DNA of 64,000 nucleotides from Phaeosaccion multiseriatum (Eukaryota; Protista; Ochrophyta, other classes), in NCBI GenBank assembly GCA_965112735.1, contig OZ218962.1, positions 2,666,001-2,730,000 on the forward strand, in the 5' to 3' direction. The notes beneath the pieces are model-generated. The model ran no database searches, was not told the origin of the DNA, and saw only the letters and a program-made list of their open reading frames with translations. Positions 34,447 to 63,566 of the stretch are shown here, one piece after another (the first letter of the stretch is position 1; every line of letters starts with the position of its first letter). The translations under genes and the position numbers were made by a program.

Positions 34447-37400
34447 CTCTCTCTCCCTCCCATCTCTCTGCAGGGTACCGTCAACCTGGGAACGAATGTG
34501 TCTGCGGTTGCCATCGAGTGTGGATACGCTCATACCTGCGCGGTGAGAGAGGGTGTTTGGCCACAATTTACCCACCCTGTGCAGACGAGGAACAAGGATG
34601 GGTCATTCGTTGCAGCCTCAGCCAGCGAGCCACTTAACACAGTCTTATCGATTCCTCTCCTTATCCATCGCGTGCCCCGTCTCCCCCCCCCCCCGCGGGT
34701 TGGCTGAACAGATCACCGACGAGGGGAAGGTGAAATGCTGGGGGTCCAATAGCCTGGGCCAAGCGGGGCATGAGTCAGATAACTACGTTGGGCACCAGCC
34801 AAGTGAGATGGGAGATGGATTGTCTTACGCGGACCTGGGCGGTAACTATACGGCGCTAGCAGTGGCCGCCGGAGGCTTTCACACTTGCGTCATTCGGAAC
34901 ACAAATGACGTGGTGTGCTGGGGTCGCAACGCTAATGGTGAGCGAAGCCATGCAGGAGGAAAGAGCACCAGCGTAGCCTTGCTTCAAGAGGGAGAGGGAG
35001 CGGGAGGGAGAGCTGCATCGTCGCATGGATTTCCGAGTAGTCTGTCCAGTCAGTCCTCTGCCGTCTCCGTGCTATCTGTCTGGCATGTTGCCTTCTCTGT
35101 CGATCAGCATATGTTGCTCTAAACATCTGTCATCTTCCCCGCCTTTTGCTTTGCTGTGCGGCTGCTACTGGTCCTGCTGCTCGCTCTGCCTCATTCAGGC
35201 CAACTAGGGATAGGCAGCGCAACTTCCGTTCAAACAGACGCTAGGTTTGCCACAATGGTAAGCGAAATCTATCCGGCCAAGCAGCGCTGCACGGCAGAGC
35301 AACGCCAGACTGGTGTTTCCCAATGTGGCTGGATGCCCTTAGTGGGTTGCTTCGTCTCGCAATTGCCTTGATGTTCCAGCCCCGCCCCCACTGCTGCTTG
35401 TGTCTCTCTTGGTGTGCCGCTTCTCGCAGAGTGCTGTTGACTTGGGCACGGGTAGAAACGCAACGGCCATCGCGGCGGGCTATCACAGCTCCTGCGCGCT
35501 GCTCGATACAGGTGCGCAAGAGGCAAGACACACGCCCGAGTCCATAACGACCACCACAGCTATCGCTGGACGGGTCATTGCTTTGCTCTTTTCCCTGGCT
35601 GGCCACAATCTTGTGCGTCCCTTCCATGCGGTTGCAGCTTGCTGCTGTCGGTCGATTGGCTGGCTGGGCTGAGCGAGTCCAGAAGTCCACGGCTGCCCGT
35701 CTCACGCACCGCAAGAGGAGGAGGAGGACGAGGAGGAGGAGAATAAAGTGCTTGCACTCCTCCCTGGTGCTGATATGATTGGCTGTGGGCTTCTCACCGT
35801 GCTTTTCTCCCCTCTTTGCATACTCCCTGCAGGAGACGTCAAGTGCTGGGGCAAGGGATCGAAGGGAGGTTAGTAAGTGAGACTCCTCCTTGTCAGCGCG
35901 GTTCAAGACTCAACCTCGGCCTGGATTCGTTTGCTTCTCTGTAGCGCTCGCCCCCCTCTCTCGCTCTCTCACTCTGTCTCTCTCTCCACCTCCCGTTTCT
36001 CCCTCCTCTCCCTCTCCTGTGCGACGTCCGTTGTGATCTTTATTCGTATGTGCCCTTGCCCACGTTGCCCTCCTTGTTGGGGTTATCGTCTCCTCTCTCT
36101 CAAACCCTGTCTTACCACATGCTGTCTATCTTGTCCCGTCGCGAATATCGTCACGGCGTATACTCAGCGACCGCACAAGGCCATATGGACAATATAGGGG
36201 ATCAGGCCGGGGAGATGGGGGACAGCCTTGCTGCCATAGACTTTGGTACTGGGCGCACCGCTGTGTCCATCGCTGGTGCTTATGAGAGTTTCTGTGCGGT
36301 GCTGGACAACGCAGACTTTGTGTGCTGGGGTGGCAACAGCGAGTGAGTGATACGTGGAGAATGGGAGGGAAGGGATCGCCCCTCTCGCGTGCTATTTGCT
36401 GCGCTTTAATATGCAGGGAGAGCATGCTTTCTCATTCACCCACTCACCCATTCACACACTCACGCACTCACGCGCCCACTCACGCACTCACTCACTCACT
36501 CACTCAAACACGCACTCACTCACTCACTCACTCACTCACTCACTCACTCACTCACTCACTCACTCACTCACTCACTCACTCACTCACTCACTCAGTCACT
36601 CACTCACTCACTCACTCACTCACTCACTCACTCACTCACTCACTCACCACTCACTCACTCACTCACTCACTCACTCACTCACTCACTCACTCACTCACTC
36701 ACTCACTCACTCACTCACTCACTCACTCACTCACTCACTCACTCACTCACTCACTCACTCACTCACTCACTCACTCACTCACTCACTCACTCACTCACTC
36801 ACTCACTCACTCACTCACTCACTCACTCACTCACTCACTCACTCACTCACTCACTCACCCAGTCACTCAAACACTCAGTCAGTCAGTCACTCACTCACTC
36901 ACTCACTCCATCACTCACTCACTCGCTCACTCAAACACTCAGTCACTCAGTCACTCACTCACTCACTCACTCACTCACTCACTCACTCACTCACTCACTC
37001 ACTCACTCACTCACTCACTCACTCACTCACTCACTCACTCACTCACTCACTCACTCACTCACTCACTCACTCACTCAGTCACTCACTCACTCAAACATCC
37101 AGTCACTCACTCACTCACTCACGCACTCAAAGCCCCCCACTTCACTGACTCCCAGTCCGGTAGTTGTACTGGGAGACCTATTTCTCTACAAACGTATCAT
37201 GCCTTGAACCTTTCTGCTCTCCACCTCTTCCAACCAAATCACTCCTGTCTTCCATCGCTATCCACTCCAGTGGTCAAGTCGGCATCGAAAGCTCGACCAT
37301 CACTATTGGCGGAGATGCTGGCGACCTGCCTCTCGTCTCTATCGACTTCGGCACCGTCCCTACGCCGGCCCCCACCGCCGCTCCGACCCAGGTGGGTGTG

Positions 37401-39530
37401 TCTCGGGGAGATCAACCTAGGGCCCCTTCAAAAGAAGCAAAGGCCTGGGTATGCAGTATCGGTGGGCCGATATATCGATCGGCAGTTTCCGCGTCGTACT
37501 CTTTCCCTTGGCAGACTGTCATCTTACTGCATTTTCCGCACTCCCTTCCTCCCAAGCTCAGCCATGAAGCCGTCGGTCGCTTGCCCTGGCACTTCTTGTA
37601 CATTTGCGTTGCATGCACCATCTTGACTCCACTTTGTAATGTTTTCGATATCGTCCCGTCATATGCGGTACTTCCTTTCCCTCTCTCCCTCCCTGTCCTC
37701 TCTCTCTTTCTTTCTCTCTCCCTCTGTCCCTCTTTCTTTCTCTCCCTCTCTCTCCCTCTCTCTCTCTCTCTCCCACCCTCTCTCGCAGGCTCCCACGCTG
37801 GCCCCGACCCTGGCTCCGACGCTGGCCCCGACCTTAACTCCTACTTCCACACCCACCATGGCACCTACTCATGTAAGAGCTTCGAACACGACAGAATTGA
37901 ATCAAATCGCACAGACCAGCCAGCGTATTTTGACGAGTCGACAGTCCCTCTGCGATTCAGGGTCTCTAGTAAGGACTGGCTGAGCAGAGGGCCAAGCTCC
38001 GAGCTCCCGAGGGCTGAGAGAAACCGACTTCACTTTGACGCGCTTCTTGAAGCCTCTGTCGGCTTTGCTTACCCTCGCTGCAGGCGTAGCAGCCGCTCGG
38101 CTCAAACGCTTCGCTCCTTCCCTTCCTCTCCCTCCTTCTCTTTCAACTTTCATTGAATGGCATATCTTCTTCTTGTGCTGTTGTCTCTCTCCCTTTGCCT
38201 GCCTCCTGGCTTTCTCCACCGTGTCGGTACCCACCTGCCCCGTGTCTACCCTTGTCGCTCGTTCCGGCCAAAGGCTCCAACGGCCGCTCCAACGGTCGCT
38301 CCAACAGCAGCACCGACAGCAGCACCGACAGCATCACCGACAGTAGCACCGACTGCCGTCGGCCTCACGCCTGCGCCTGTGGAGCTACCTGAGAGCAATT
38401 ATATTGTGGGCACGTTCGAGGTGCAGGGGGAGAGTGTCGAGTCGTTCACAAGCGAAAAGGTGCGTGGGCTGAGGCGAGGCGAGCGACCAAAGAAGTGAGA
38501 GCCACAGCCAGGAAAGGACCGCAGCGAAACACGGAAACACACCAGCTACTGTTGGGCTTTCTACTGCCTGCCTTTATCATGACGGACTTGTGCTGCGCCT
38601 GCCCAACAACGCTGGGCTGGGCATACCATGCTCCTCAAGTGCGCCATAGCTAGCTGCACCATTTGCGTTCTCCATGCTTTGTTGCTTGCTGGCGAAAGTC
38701 TTTCCACGGTCGACGTGCTCTCACTCCATCTTCGCCCGCCCGCCCTTGCTCACCCTCCCACCCACTTGCTCGGTCCTGCACCCGTCCGGTGGAACGAGCA
38801 GAGGCTGGCTCTCCGAATTGCGACGCTTACATCTGTGTCAAGCAGCGGAGTCACCTTGGATGACGTACACCTCACAGCGGTGGAGACGAGCGAGCGGAGG
38901 AGACGGAGGACAACGGGTAGAAGGAGGCCAGACGGGGGGGATGACGGTTCTCGAACAAACACTTCTCGTGCGCTTCAAACCGACTCAGAGTAAGTGATCC
39001 TAAGATATGGCCTTGTGCTTCGTGCCCGGAAGATTAGAAGGGAGGTGGAAGATTGTTGCATATTTTATAAAAATGAACTGAAGGAGAGATGGCGAATTGC
39101 TTCGATCTTCGTCGGCGTACACTTGCTTATCAACCACCCCCCCTCACTGCCTTGGCGCTCACTTTTCACTTCGCAAATACGTATTTGGGTCGACTCGAGC
39201 AGTGCTATTCACGTTGACTTTTTCGTAGGCGGCTTTTCGACCGTGGATGACGTAAAAGCTGCAAAGGAGAGGATGAGTACTGACAGCGACTCGGGGGCAC
39301 TTCTGCTCTCGTTCCTTTCGTATGCCGACGACTTGGGTTTTAGAGACAGCATGTCTCCATTTTTCTGGGTGGAGACCATTTCCACTGAAGCGGTGGCGGA
39401 TGACGGCGGGGAGGAGGGGATGGCTCTCGGTCTCAAAGTTGCGCTGTTGCTCTTTGCATTCATCTGCGGAATTGCACTCTTCTTCTTTGTCAAGACACGG
39501 TGCGAGAAAATGAAGACGCTGGCAACCTGA
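32836..39530 (+). CDS. RCC1/BLIP-II-like beta-propeller repeat protein with a Pro/Thr stalk and a C-terminal transmembrane helix; 5' end uncertain
   Basis: Repeated CWG.N..GQLG...EMG..L..(V/I)DLG.GRTA..IAAG..H.CA units across exons at ~32836-32957, 33179-33388, 33550-33690, 34710-34937, 35430-35510, 36180-36342 and others. PTAAPT exons at 37365-38400. Terminal exon ...MALGLKVALLLFAFICGIALFFFVKTRCEKMKTLAT*. Nearest in-frame ATG is 32866; no signal-peptide exon found. Confidence 0.8.
36435..37125. repeat. (CTCA)n intronic microsatellite
   Basis: Directly visible; source of the THSL ORFs. Confidence 0.97.
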
Positions 39531-39562
39531 AGGCCAAGGTGGCTGGCTGGCAGGGTCCATAT

Positions 39563-39612
39563 TGATGATGATGATGATGACGATGATGATGATGATGATG
39601 ATGACGATGATG

Positions 39613-39673
<61 letters not shown>

Positions 39674-39700
39674 CGATACCGACGACGATGACGATGCTGA
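39563..39700. repeat. (GAT)n trinucleotide repeat in the 3' region of the RCC1-like gene
   Basis: Directly visible; source of the poly-M and poly-H ORFs. Confidence 0.95.
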
Positions 39701-40892
39701 TGATTCAGATCTTCAGCATATGCTGGCATGGCACTCTGCGGAGGGTGGCAACCGGGCGAAGTCCCCCCCCCCCCCCTTGGCGCTTTGAATAACCCACAGC
39801 AGACGCGAAGGCTGATGGCACGCACATCGTTGGGTGCGGCCACTTTCGTTGGGCAACGCGGAAGAGTGGCAATAAAGAAGCACAGACGTTCGGAGCAAGG
39901 GACGTAGACTCTCGAGCACTCTCGAGAGAGGGGGGGAGGGGGGGTGGTTGGCGCTTGGGTCAACGCAGTCGGAGGCGAAGGCCCGCCATCCTCCCTTCAT
40001 GTGGCCTTCTCAACACTGTCAGACTCAAGTGGAGGGGAGGCAATGCTATCAGCAGGGCAGGCGCGAAGCTGGGCATCCTGACTTCCAGCGGGAGCGACAA
40101 GCACCTCTCTTCCATGAAAGCCTCGACGTAAGCAACGGGAGTCTCCATCAAAACGGTGTAAAAGATGGGGTGCCCAAGCTTCGGAAGATGGGATACCCAA
40201 GCTTCGGAATGGTCATAGGCGAGGGTGAACAGGGAAGGAGAAAGGGGACTCTCCACCAGCCACCAATGAGTGCCTGTCTTGTGTTCTAGACAGCGTATGT
40301 GGTCCTTCCCTCCGAATACCACGCTGGAGTCGTGGAGGGCAAGAATTATCTAGCTAATTGATCAATTAGGGGGCCGTCCCTTTCGGGCGAGCCATTGTTT
40401 GGGGATGAAATGAAGCTGAAACTGACACTGAAGTATCGAGATCCTCTATTTACGACATGGCGGTGCCCCTCCGCCCTGCACTCGCTGGCGACCCTGGAGA
40501 GCCCATGCCTGCAGCGACAAGTCAGTCAATGAAAGGCACAAGAGTGAGTAAGTGGAGCAAATAGTACACATAGTTATCACACCCGAGACACTAATGTAAC
40601 CGTAAGTAGCGGTATGTGAGAGCCGAAGCTTTCCAGGAGATGGTGGGGTGTCGCAGTGCTCCCTTCCCTCTGCTCTCAGCACTCACCAAACGGAGGCGGA
40701 CAGCTCAGCTGTGCTGCCCCACTCCCCTACCCTCCTGTCACGGAGCCTCCCAACACATACAAACAGTGCAGAGCCATCCATCCATTGGACCACAAACGGA
40801 CCACTTCCATTTGCCAAAGATACGCTGCTTACGCAGCGAGAAGACAGGGCACGTTTTACTACTTTCACCCTCCGCGCCACCCCCGCTCACAC

Positions 40893-41105
40893 ACACACAC
40901 ACACATACATACACACCTTCAACTTTCAGTTTCTAAGGTGATTCCTATGAAGTCAATAACTACCCCCGCTAACACACACACATACACACCTTCAACTTTC
41001 AGTTTCTAAGGTGATTCCTATGAAGTCAACAACTACCCCCGCTAACACACACACATACACACCTTCAACTTTCAGTTTCTAAGGTGATTCCTATGAAGTC
41101 AACAA

Positions 41106-41114
<9 letters not shown>
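40893..41114. repeat. 73-bp tandem repeat x3 overlapping the stop codon of the OSCA-like gene
   Basis: ACCTTCAACTTTCAGTTTCTAAGGTGATTCCTATGAAGTCAA.AACTACCCCCGCT starts at 40915, 40988 and 41061 (period 73). Confidence 0.92.
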
Positions 41115-57546
<16,432 letters not shown>

Positions 57547-57864
57547 AGTAGCCGAGCTCTCCTAACAGCCTGTAGCTGCATGGATTACATGACCACAACA
57601 ATTACTTTGTTTGGTGTTCTTGATGAGATGATGAGTAGAGGAGGAGGTTTCGCTATCTACTCTCCTCTATTCATCTTGCCTACAGCCAGCAACCGCACCA
57701 ATAGCTGGTGGTGCCGTGATTTTTTTAACGCATGTTTTTTCCTGCTTTTCCTCTCCTTGTTCTATCCGATTCTCTCTCCTTGGCACTTTCGTATGCCAGT
57801 GAATGAAACGGCATCGTAACGGAGCGAAGGATCCTTCCCAGACATCCTACCCAAACACCCCACG

Positions 57865-59827
57865 ATGATGGCTTCTGTACGAAGCAGACGACACAACCCA
57901 CGATGGACTGTATTCGCTACCGTCCTGGTCGCAGTCAGGTACGCAGGCTGGTCTTCCGTCCAAGACCGCCATCCTCTAGTAGCCTACGACGGACGTGGCG
58001 CACCTGAAGGACCTTCTCGCCCTTCTGCACACACACTGTATCACCTGTTTTTTGTTAGTTTACTGCCTTTTCGGGTGTCACCCGGCACTGAGTATGTTTC
58101 TTTCTCGGCTCCTTCCCCTCTGCCCCCGCCGTTCCGTAGCTCTGCTTGTTTGGCAGACCTTGAGTAGCCTTTCTTGGTGGCCATTCCTGACTCGTGAGGC
58201 ATAAAGTTACTCTCCTATCCCTCTACTGCTTCATGTGTTCTTCCTATGTGCTCAGCTGCCTCACCCAGGGGGCGACGAGCCCCTCGACAGTGGCAGCGCC
58301 AGTGGAGGAGAAGGAAGACCACCGCCGAGCAGACCGGCGGAATTTAGAACGAGCCCTGCGTTCCGTGGGGTGGTCCATCAGTGAGTCAGCAAGAGGCGGG
58401 CGGAGCTCACAGAAGAGCGAATGGGAGCGGGAGGAGGAAAAGGAGGAAGAGGAGGAGGAGGAGGAGGAGGAGGAGGAGGAGGAGGAGGAGGAGGAGGAGG
58501 AGGAGGAGGAGGAGGAGGAGGAGGAGGAGGAGGAGGAGGAGGGGGGGGGGGGGGGAGGGGGAGGATGGGGAGGAGGAATGGAAGGAGGAGGAGGCGGAGG
58601 AAGAGAAGGAGAAGGAAAAGGAGGACGAGGAGCAGCCGGAGGATAAGGAGCAGCCGGAGGAGGAGCATTGGGCGGATGAAGATGAGGAGGAGGAGAGAGA
58701 GGAACAGCATGAGGGGTACCAAGAAGAAGGAGCCCAGAAACATGAGGACCTGGGCCTTGTGGATGGCGCGCGTGGCAACCCGTTCAGCTGGCATCGAGGC
58801 TTGAGCTCATCCGCGGATACGCTTACGACTAGCACGGATAATACGACCGTAAGCAGCTCCACAAACGCGACTACCACGACGGATAGTAGTGCTACAGGCA
58901 CGACAGATGCCACTGACACCGGCAACAGTACTTCGACATCTTCGACAGGAGACGGCACGACTGACCTCACAACCACTGCTAGCAACGGCACCACTGCCAG
59001 TCTAGCCAGCAGTAGCAGCAGTAGCTCGTACGGCGACGACGACGAGGAAGGTGCGCTGCGAGCGTGGGGAGGTGTAGCAGCAGCAAGACGTGTGGTTTTT
59101 ACCTTCCTTAGGCAGAGGGGAAGGAAATGAAAGAGACACAGGGATGGATGTGGAGGAGCAGGATGGAAGCACGTTTCAGAATTGTTGCTTTGATTCGCTG
59201 TGCTTCTACCAAGTCTCCTCCGCCCCCTCCAACCGCAAATCGTGTGCGTCTATGTGAGGAAAGACTGCTTCTCTTCCTCTACCTTACAACCCTCCCTCAT
59301 CCGCTCTTCTCTTCCCACTCACACACGCACTCACATACGCACATGCACGCACACGCACACACGCACACACACACGCACACGCAGACACGGACTTTACGAC
59401 GGTGGTGCTTGCGTTGGGATCGGTGATCCTCGTGCTTGGAGTCATCTACGGTCTCGCAAGGTAAGGCTAAGTGAAGCGAGATGTGAAAGGCAAAGGTCAC
59501 TGAGAAGTGTTTAATGTACCTCAAGAGAGCTCAGAGCAAGGGTCGTGAAGGGTCGTGAATGTATAGGCTCCACTTTCGTCTCTCTCTCTCCCCCCCCCCC
59601 CCATATGGAAGGGTTCCGGCCTAGCCAAGCCGCTGCTCTACTACGTACTCTCCGAGGCTATGCTGACACTCGTACCGCTCTACCTCTTGTCCTCTCCTCG
59701 TGTACAAACTTTCAGGAAGGAGAAGCAGAAGAAGGCCGAGCAGCGCGCTCGCGACAACAGTGAGCTTAAACAGGGCTTGTCGAGCAGGGACCATCTCGAG
59801 CTCAGACCTGACCTCGCAGAGTTCTAA
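57865..59827 (+). CDS. Highly acidic type-I membrane protein: signal peptide, poly-Glu tract, Ser/Thr-rich stalk, TM helix, short tail; apparent frameshift in a G homopolymer
   Basis: Exons 57865-57938, 58256-~59050, ~59385-59460, ~59716-59827. N-terminus ...WTVFATVLVAVSCLTQGA. The (GAG)n poly-E frame switches at the G run 58541-58555 into EGEDGEEEWKEE... TM segment TVVLALGSVILVLGVIYGLA followed by RKEKQKK. Confidence 0.7.
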
Positions 59828-60495
59828 CTACAAAAGGGAGGGAAGAGAGGGACGAAGAGAGAGAGGGAGAGGAGCATGGTGGAGCGGACAGTGAGCATGT
59901 CTGCCTGGAGATACGGGTTTTCCTTATGGTCATGAATACTACCGGCTATACATGCGAGATGCTGGCTGGCTGGTCGAAAACAATTCTGTCAAATTAGCAA
60001 CTAGTATTATTTTTTTACCCAATTTGATCCACTGCGACGGAAGAGCGAGGTCGCGACGAGCGGGCAGGGGAAGAGGGGAGGGCAGGGCAACAAGGGAAGA
60101 GAAGTCTTCACTCAAGCAATGAGTCATGTATGAGAAGTTTGTATTGCTTACATCAGGCCTAAAGCAAGGGTAGAGTCTTCACTCCAGCAATGCGTCATGT
60201 ATGAGAAGTTTGTATTGTTTATATCGTGCCTAAACGCCCTGCGCTGCGCTCTCTGAGTCAGCGGCTGCACGAGTGCACAGACCATCGACAAAATGCACAG
60301 ATACAACCCATATGAAAAGTATCATAGAAGAAGTAATAGTCTTGACTCCAAGCGACTGGCGGCATGGAGCTTTTTTTTTCTTCTCCACATATCCACTATA
60401 AATCCGCTATATATCCGCTGGTTGCTGCTGATGCTTCAAGACGCTCCGCGCACCGAAAGTAAGTATCGCTCCGGTCGCCTCTTGAGTCACTCCGA

Positions 60496-61307
60496 TCAGC
60501 ACGGCTCCTCCCACTCCTCCTGGCCTTCGCCGCAGTTGCGCCAGTTGCCATTGCAGCATTGGCAGAAGTGGTACGTACTGAATGACGACAGAGTGGGGTG
60601 GTGGGGAGGGACAGAGAGAGGGAGGGAGGGAAGGAGGGAGGTGGTGGGGGGCAGCGACAGCCAGCGCGCGACGGCGGAGGAAGGAGCGGTCGGCTAAGAG
60701 TAGCGAGGAGGAGACCGAGGTTTGTCGGAAGCTCGAGAAGAGATTGACTAGGTGAGTCGAAGAGTCCACCTTGCATGCAGTAAGGGTGGGACAACGGCAA
60801 TCCACCGGCCGCTCCCTGCTCCCCCGCTTGTGCCCGGCGGTTGTCATGTGAGGGCGTGCGCTGGACTCAGCGACTCACCAGTCCGCGTCCGTGCACTCCG
60901 CCCACTGCTTGGGGGCATAGTCTTTCAGGAACCAAGAGCAAGATCCCGCCGGCGGCTCAGGTACGGGCTCCTCCTGCGCAGGCATAATAAACGGCATTTT
61001 CAAAGCGAGCGAAGCGACAGGCCGGTCAGGAGGGCAGGAGGGGAGGCAGACCGCGTCGCATGGAGTCAAGCAAGACGCAAAGGAGTGCCACACCCGTGCG
61101 TTTGGAGTTGACGGCGAAAGCATCCACAGGCAAGAAAACAGGGGGCGGAAGGCGGGCGATGAGCGATTGGACGATTGAGCGCGCGGGCTGGGGAGGATAG
61201 GGCAGCAAAGAGTGCCGCACCTGAAGACGGCGCGCGCCAACAGCACCACCGGCAGCGGCGACGGGGAGGAGAGTAGACAAGAGCACCATAGCGGCGGCTG
61301 ACAGCAT
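60496..61307 (-). CDS. Small secreted cysteine-rich peptide precursor (87 aa, 8 Cys, 3 exons)
   Basis: Exons 61221-61307, 60879-60973 and 60496-60577 (264 nt, GT-AG, in phase) give MLSAAAMVLLSTLLPVAAAGGAVGARRLQEEPVPEPPAGSCSWFLKDYAPKQWAECTDADCTYHFCQCCNGNWRNCGEGQEEWEEPC*. Confidence 0.72.
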
Positions 61308-61497
61308 GGCGAAGACTGTAAAGTTTTATTTGAAATTGCTTGTGTGTTTCAAAGCGGCTGCGCGCCCGCCCGGGCATTCGGCCTCTCACAAATGGCGTGG
61401 GATTTTGAATTTTTTTCTTTTTTCATGTCTTTTTTTCCCTCTCTCCTCATCCCCTTTCTCCCTCTTCTCCTTTTCCTCCACAGCACACTTGTCCAGC

Positions 61498-63566
61498 ATG
61501 AGCGAGGAGCATGAGAGGATTGCAAGGAAGGTGCAGAAGTGGTATGAGAAGAGAACTGAGCAGGAAGCTTCGGGCTGGGGCAGCAGCAAGGAAGAGCTGC
61601 TGCTCTTGCTCGAGGCCGTCCTTTGCACGGTCGATGTCAAGAAGCTGAAGACGAAGGGATATAGTCCGCTGCACTACCTCGCCGATGCTGAGAAGAGCAA
61701 GGAGACACGCTGCTCGGAGGGGAAGGGTACGAGGATGCTGGAGGCTGTCAAGCCGCTGAAGGAGTGCGGACCAAAGAAAAAAAGGAAGAACGGAAGAAGA
61801 GAAGGGGAGAGAAATAAGGCGGACGGAAGGGGAAGTTTGACTTGGTGAAGGGACTAGTGGAGGGGGGGGGGGATGTCAACATCAAGTGTGATGCCGGACA
61901 GACACCTCTAAGCCTTGCGGCTCTGGCCGGCCAACCCCTGATAGTCTGGTACTTGATGAAGCATGGGGCCAAATGGGAGGGAAGCTTCGCCTTGCATTCG
62001 GCTGCTTCTTGTGGAAGTCCTGTGTGTGTGAAGATGCTGCTCGAAGCTGGGGCCAATGTATTTGAGAAGGATGAGGAGGGTGGCACGCCTGCCCAGGGCT
62101 GCTGCAAAGGGTTGGAGGGGAGAGGAGGCTCACCAACCGAGCGGGCCGAGGCTCTGTCGATGTTGCTCAAGAAAGGCGCAGATGTGCATGTGAAGGACGC
62201 AAATGGCGATACTCTCTTGCACACGGCTGCGGCTCACGGGGTTGAGCATTTCATCTCCATTCTTGTGGGTAGAGGGCTGCAGGTCGATGCAACGAATACA
62301 AGTTTGCAAACGCCGCTCCACTTGGCCTCTTGGTGGGGATCATTGCCATGTGTGAAAGAGCTCATTCGCCATGGTGCCCCCCTTGATACTGTAACTGTAC
62401 ACGGCAACACCCCCCTCCTGTTCGCTGTCGGCAGGAGGCACAGGAAGGTGGTCAGCGAGCTGATCGACGCGGATGCCTCTGTTCAGATCAAGGGCAACGA
62501 CTCGATCACCCCACTGCATGTCGCGGCCGCCCTGGGCAGCATCAACATGGCCTACCTCCTGGTTGAGGCTGGAGCGGCCGTTGATGCCCTCACCGATGAT
62601 GGTGCGAGCCCTTTGGTGTCGTGTATGCGGCCTGGAGAAGGGAAGATGACTGAGACGTTGGCCATGTTTGGTTCGTCACAGGGACGTAGGGAAACTCGCT
62701 ACAAGATGGTTTGGTTCCTGCTGAAGATGGGCGCTGCTGTTGATGACAAGACACTCACTGTGGCAGCAAAGGCACACTTCGGTGACGAGATTGCCTCTTT
62801 CTTCCGCAAGGGAATGGACAAAGTTTGTGCTGTCACTGGCAGGCTCCATGCCATCTCTGACCACTTTTTTTCCACGATGAGCGGTGCTGCGGATGAGAAG
62901 GATGACACTACTGTGCGGGTGCGGCTGGTGCATAAGGGCAGTGGAGAGAGGGGCGAGAAGGAGTACGCCTTGAGCATCCCTTTGATGGAGCGGCTGGCGG
63001 CGAGGGTCACTGGGGGACAGGAAGAGAGAGCGAAGACCTCCACAGGTCGCTCAGCCTCCGCGGCAGGCATTCTTCCGAACATGCTCGACCCGAGGAAGCA
63101 CGGCTACAAGGGCGACGAGGAAGACGAAGGAGAGGGGGAAGGCAAGGGCAAGAAGGAAATCAAAGGAGTGGAGCTCGAGTATGATGGCGTGGACTTTACC
63201 GTGGAAGGCTTTGAGGCTGTGGTGAAGTTCGTGACTACGGGCAGTGTGGAGGAGCTGTTGACGAGAAGGCCGGGAGGGGGGGATACAGACGGGGGCACGA
63301 GCAGCAACAGTGGCATGAGCAGCAGAGGCGGCGGAGGAGGGACATCTCAAGGCCAAGGCAGGGCAGGGCACAAGAGGGAGCGTGTGAAGCTGTTCGACGA
63401 CGTCAGAGCGAAGCAGGCTCTGCAGGCAGCAGAATTTTTCTGCTTGGAGGGCATGGCGAAGGAGGTAAAGACGCTGATGGACGAGTACGGGTTTGAGCTG
63501 GAGGAGGAGGGGAGGGGATGGAGAGGAGCACAAGAGCCATCCATCGCGCAAGAGGGCTCGGGTTGA
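61498..63566 (+). CDS. Ankyrin-repeat protein with a C-terminal BTB/POZ-like domain, apparently intronless; one frameshift near 61830
   Basis: Ankyrin motifs GYSPLHYLA (upstream frame), GQTPLSLAA, GDTLLHTAA, QTPLHLAS, GNTPLLFAV, ITPLHVAA. BTB-like FTVEGFEAVVKFVTTG...ALQAAEFFCLEGM. The frame starting at ATG 61498 joins ORF 61842-63566 if one G is added to the run at 61829-61832. Confidence 0.8.
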
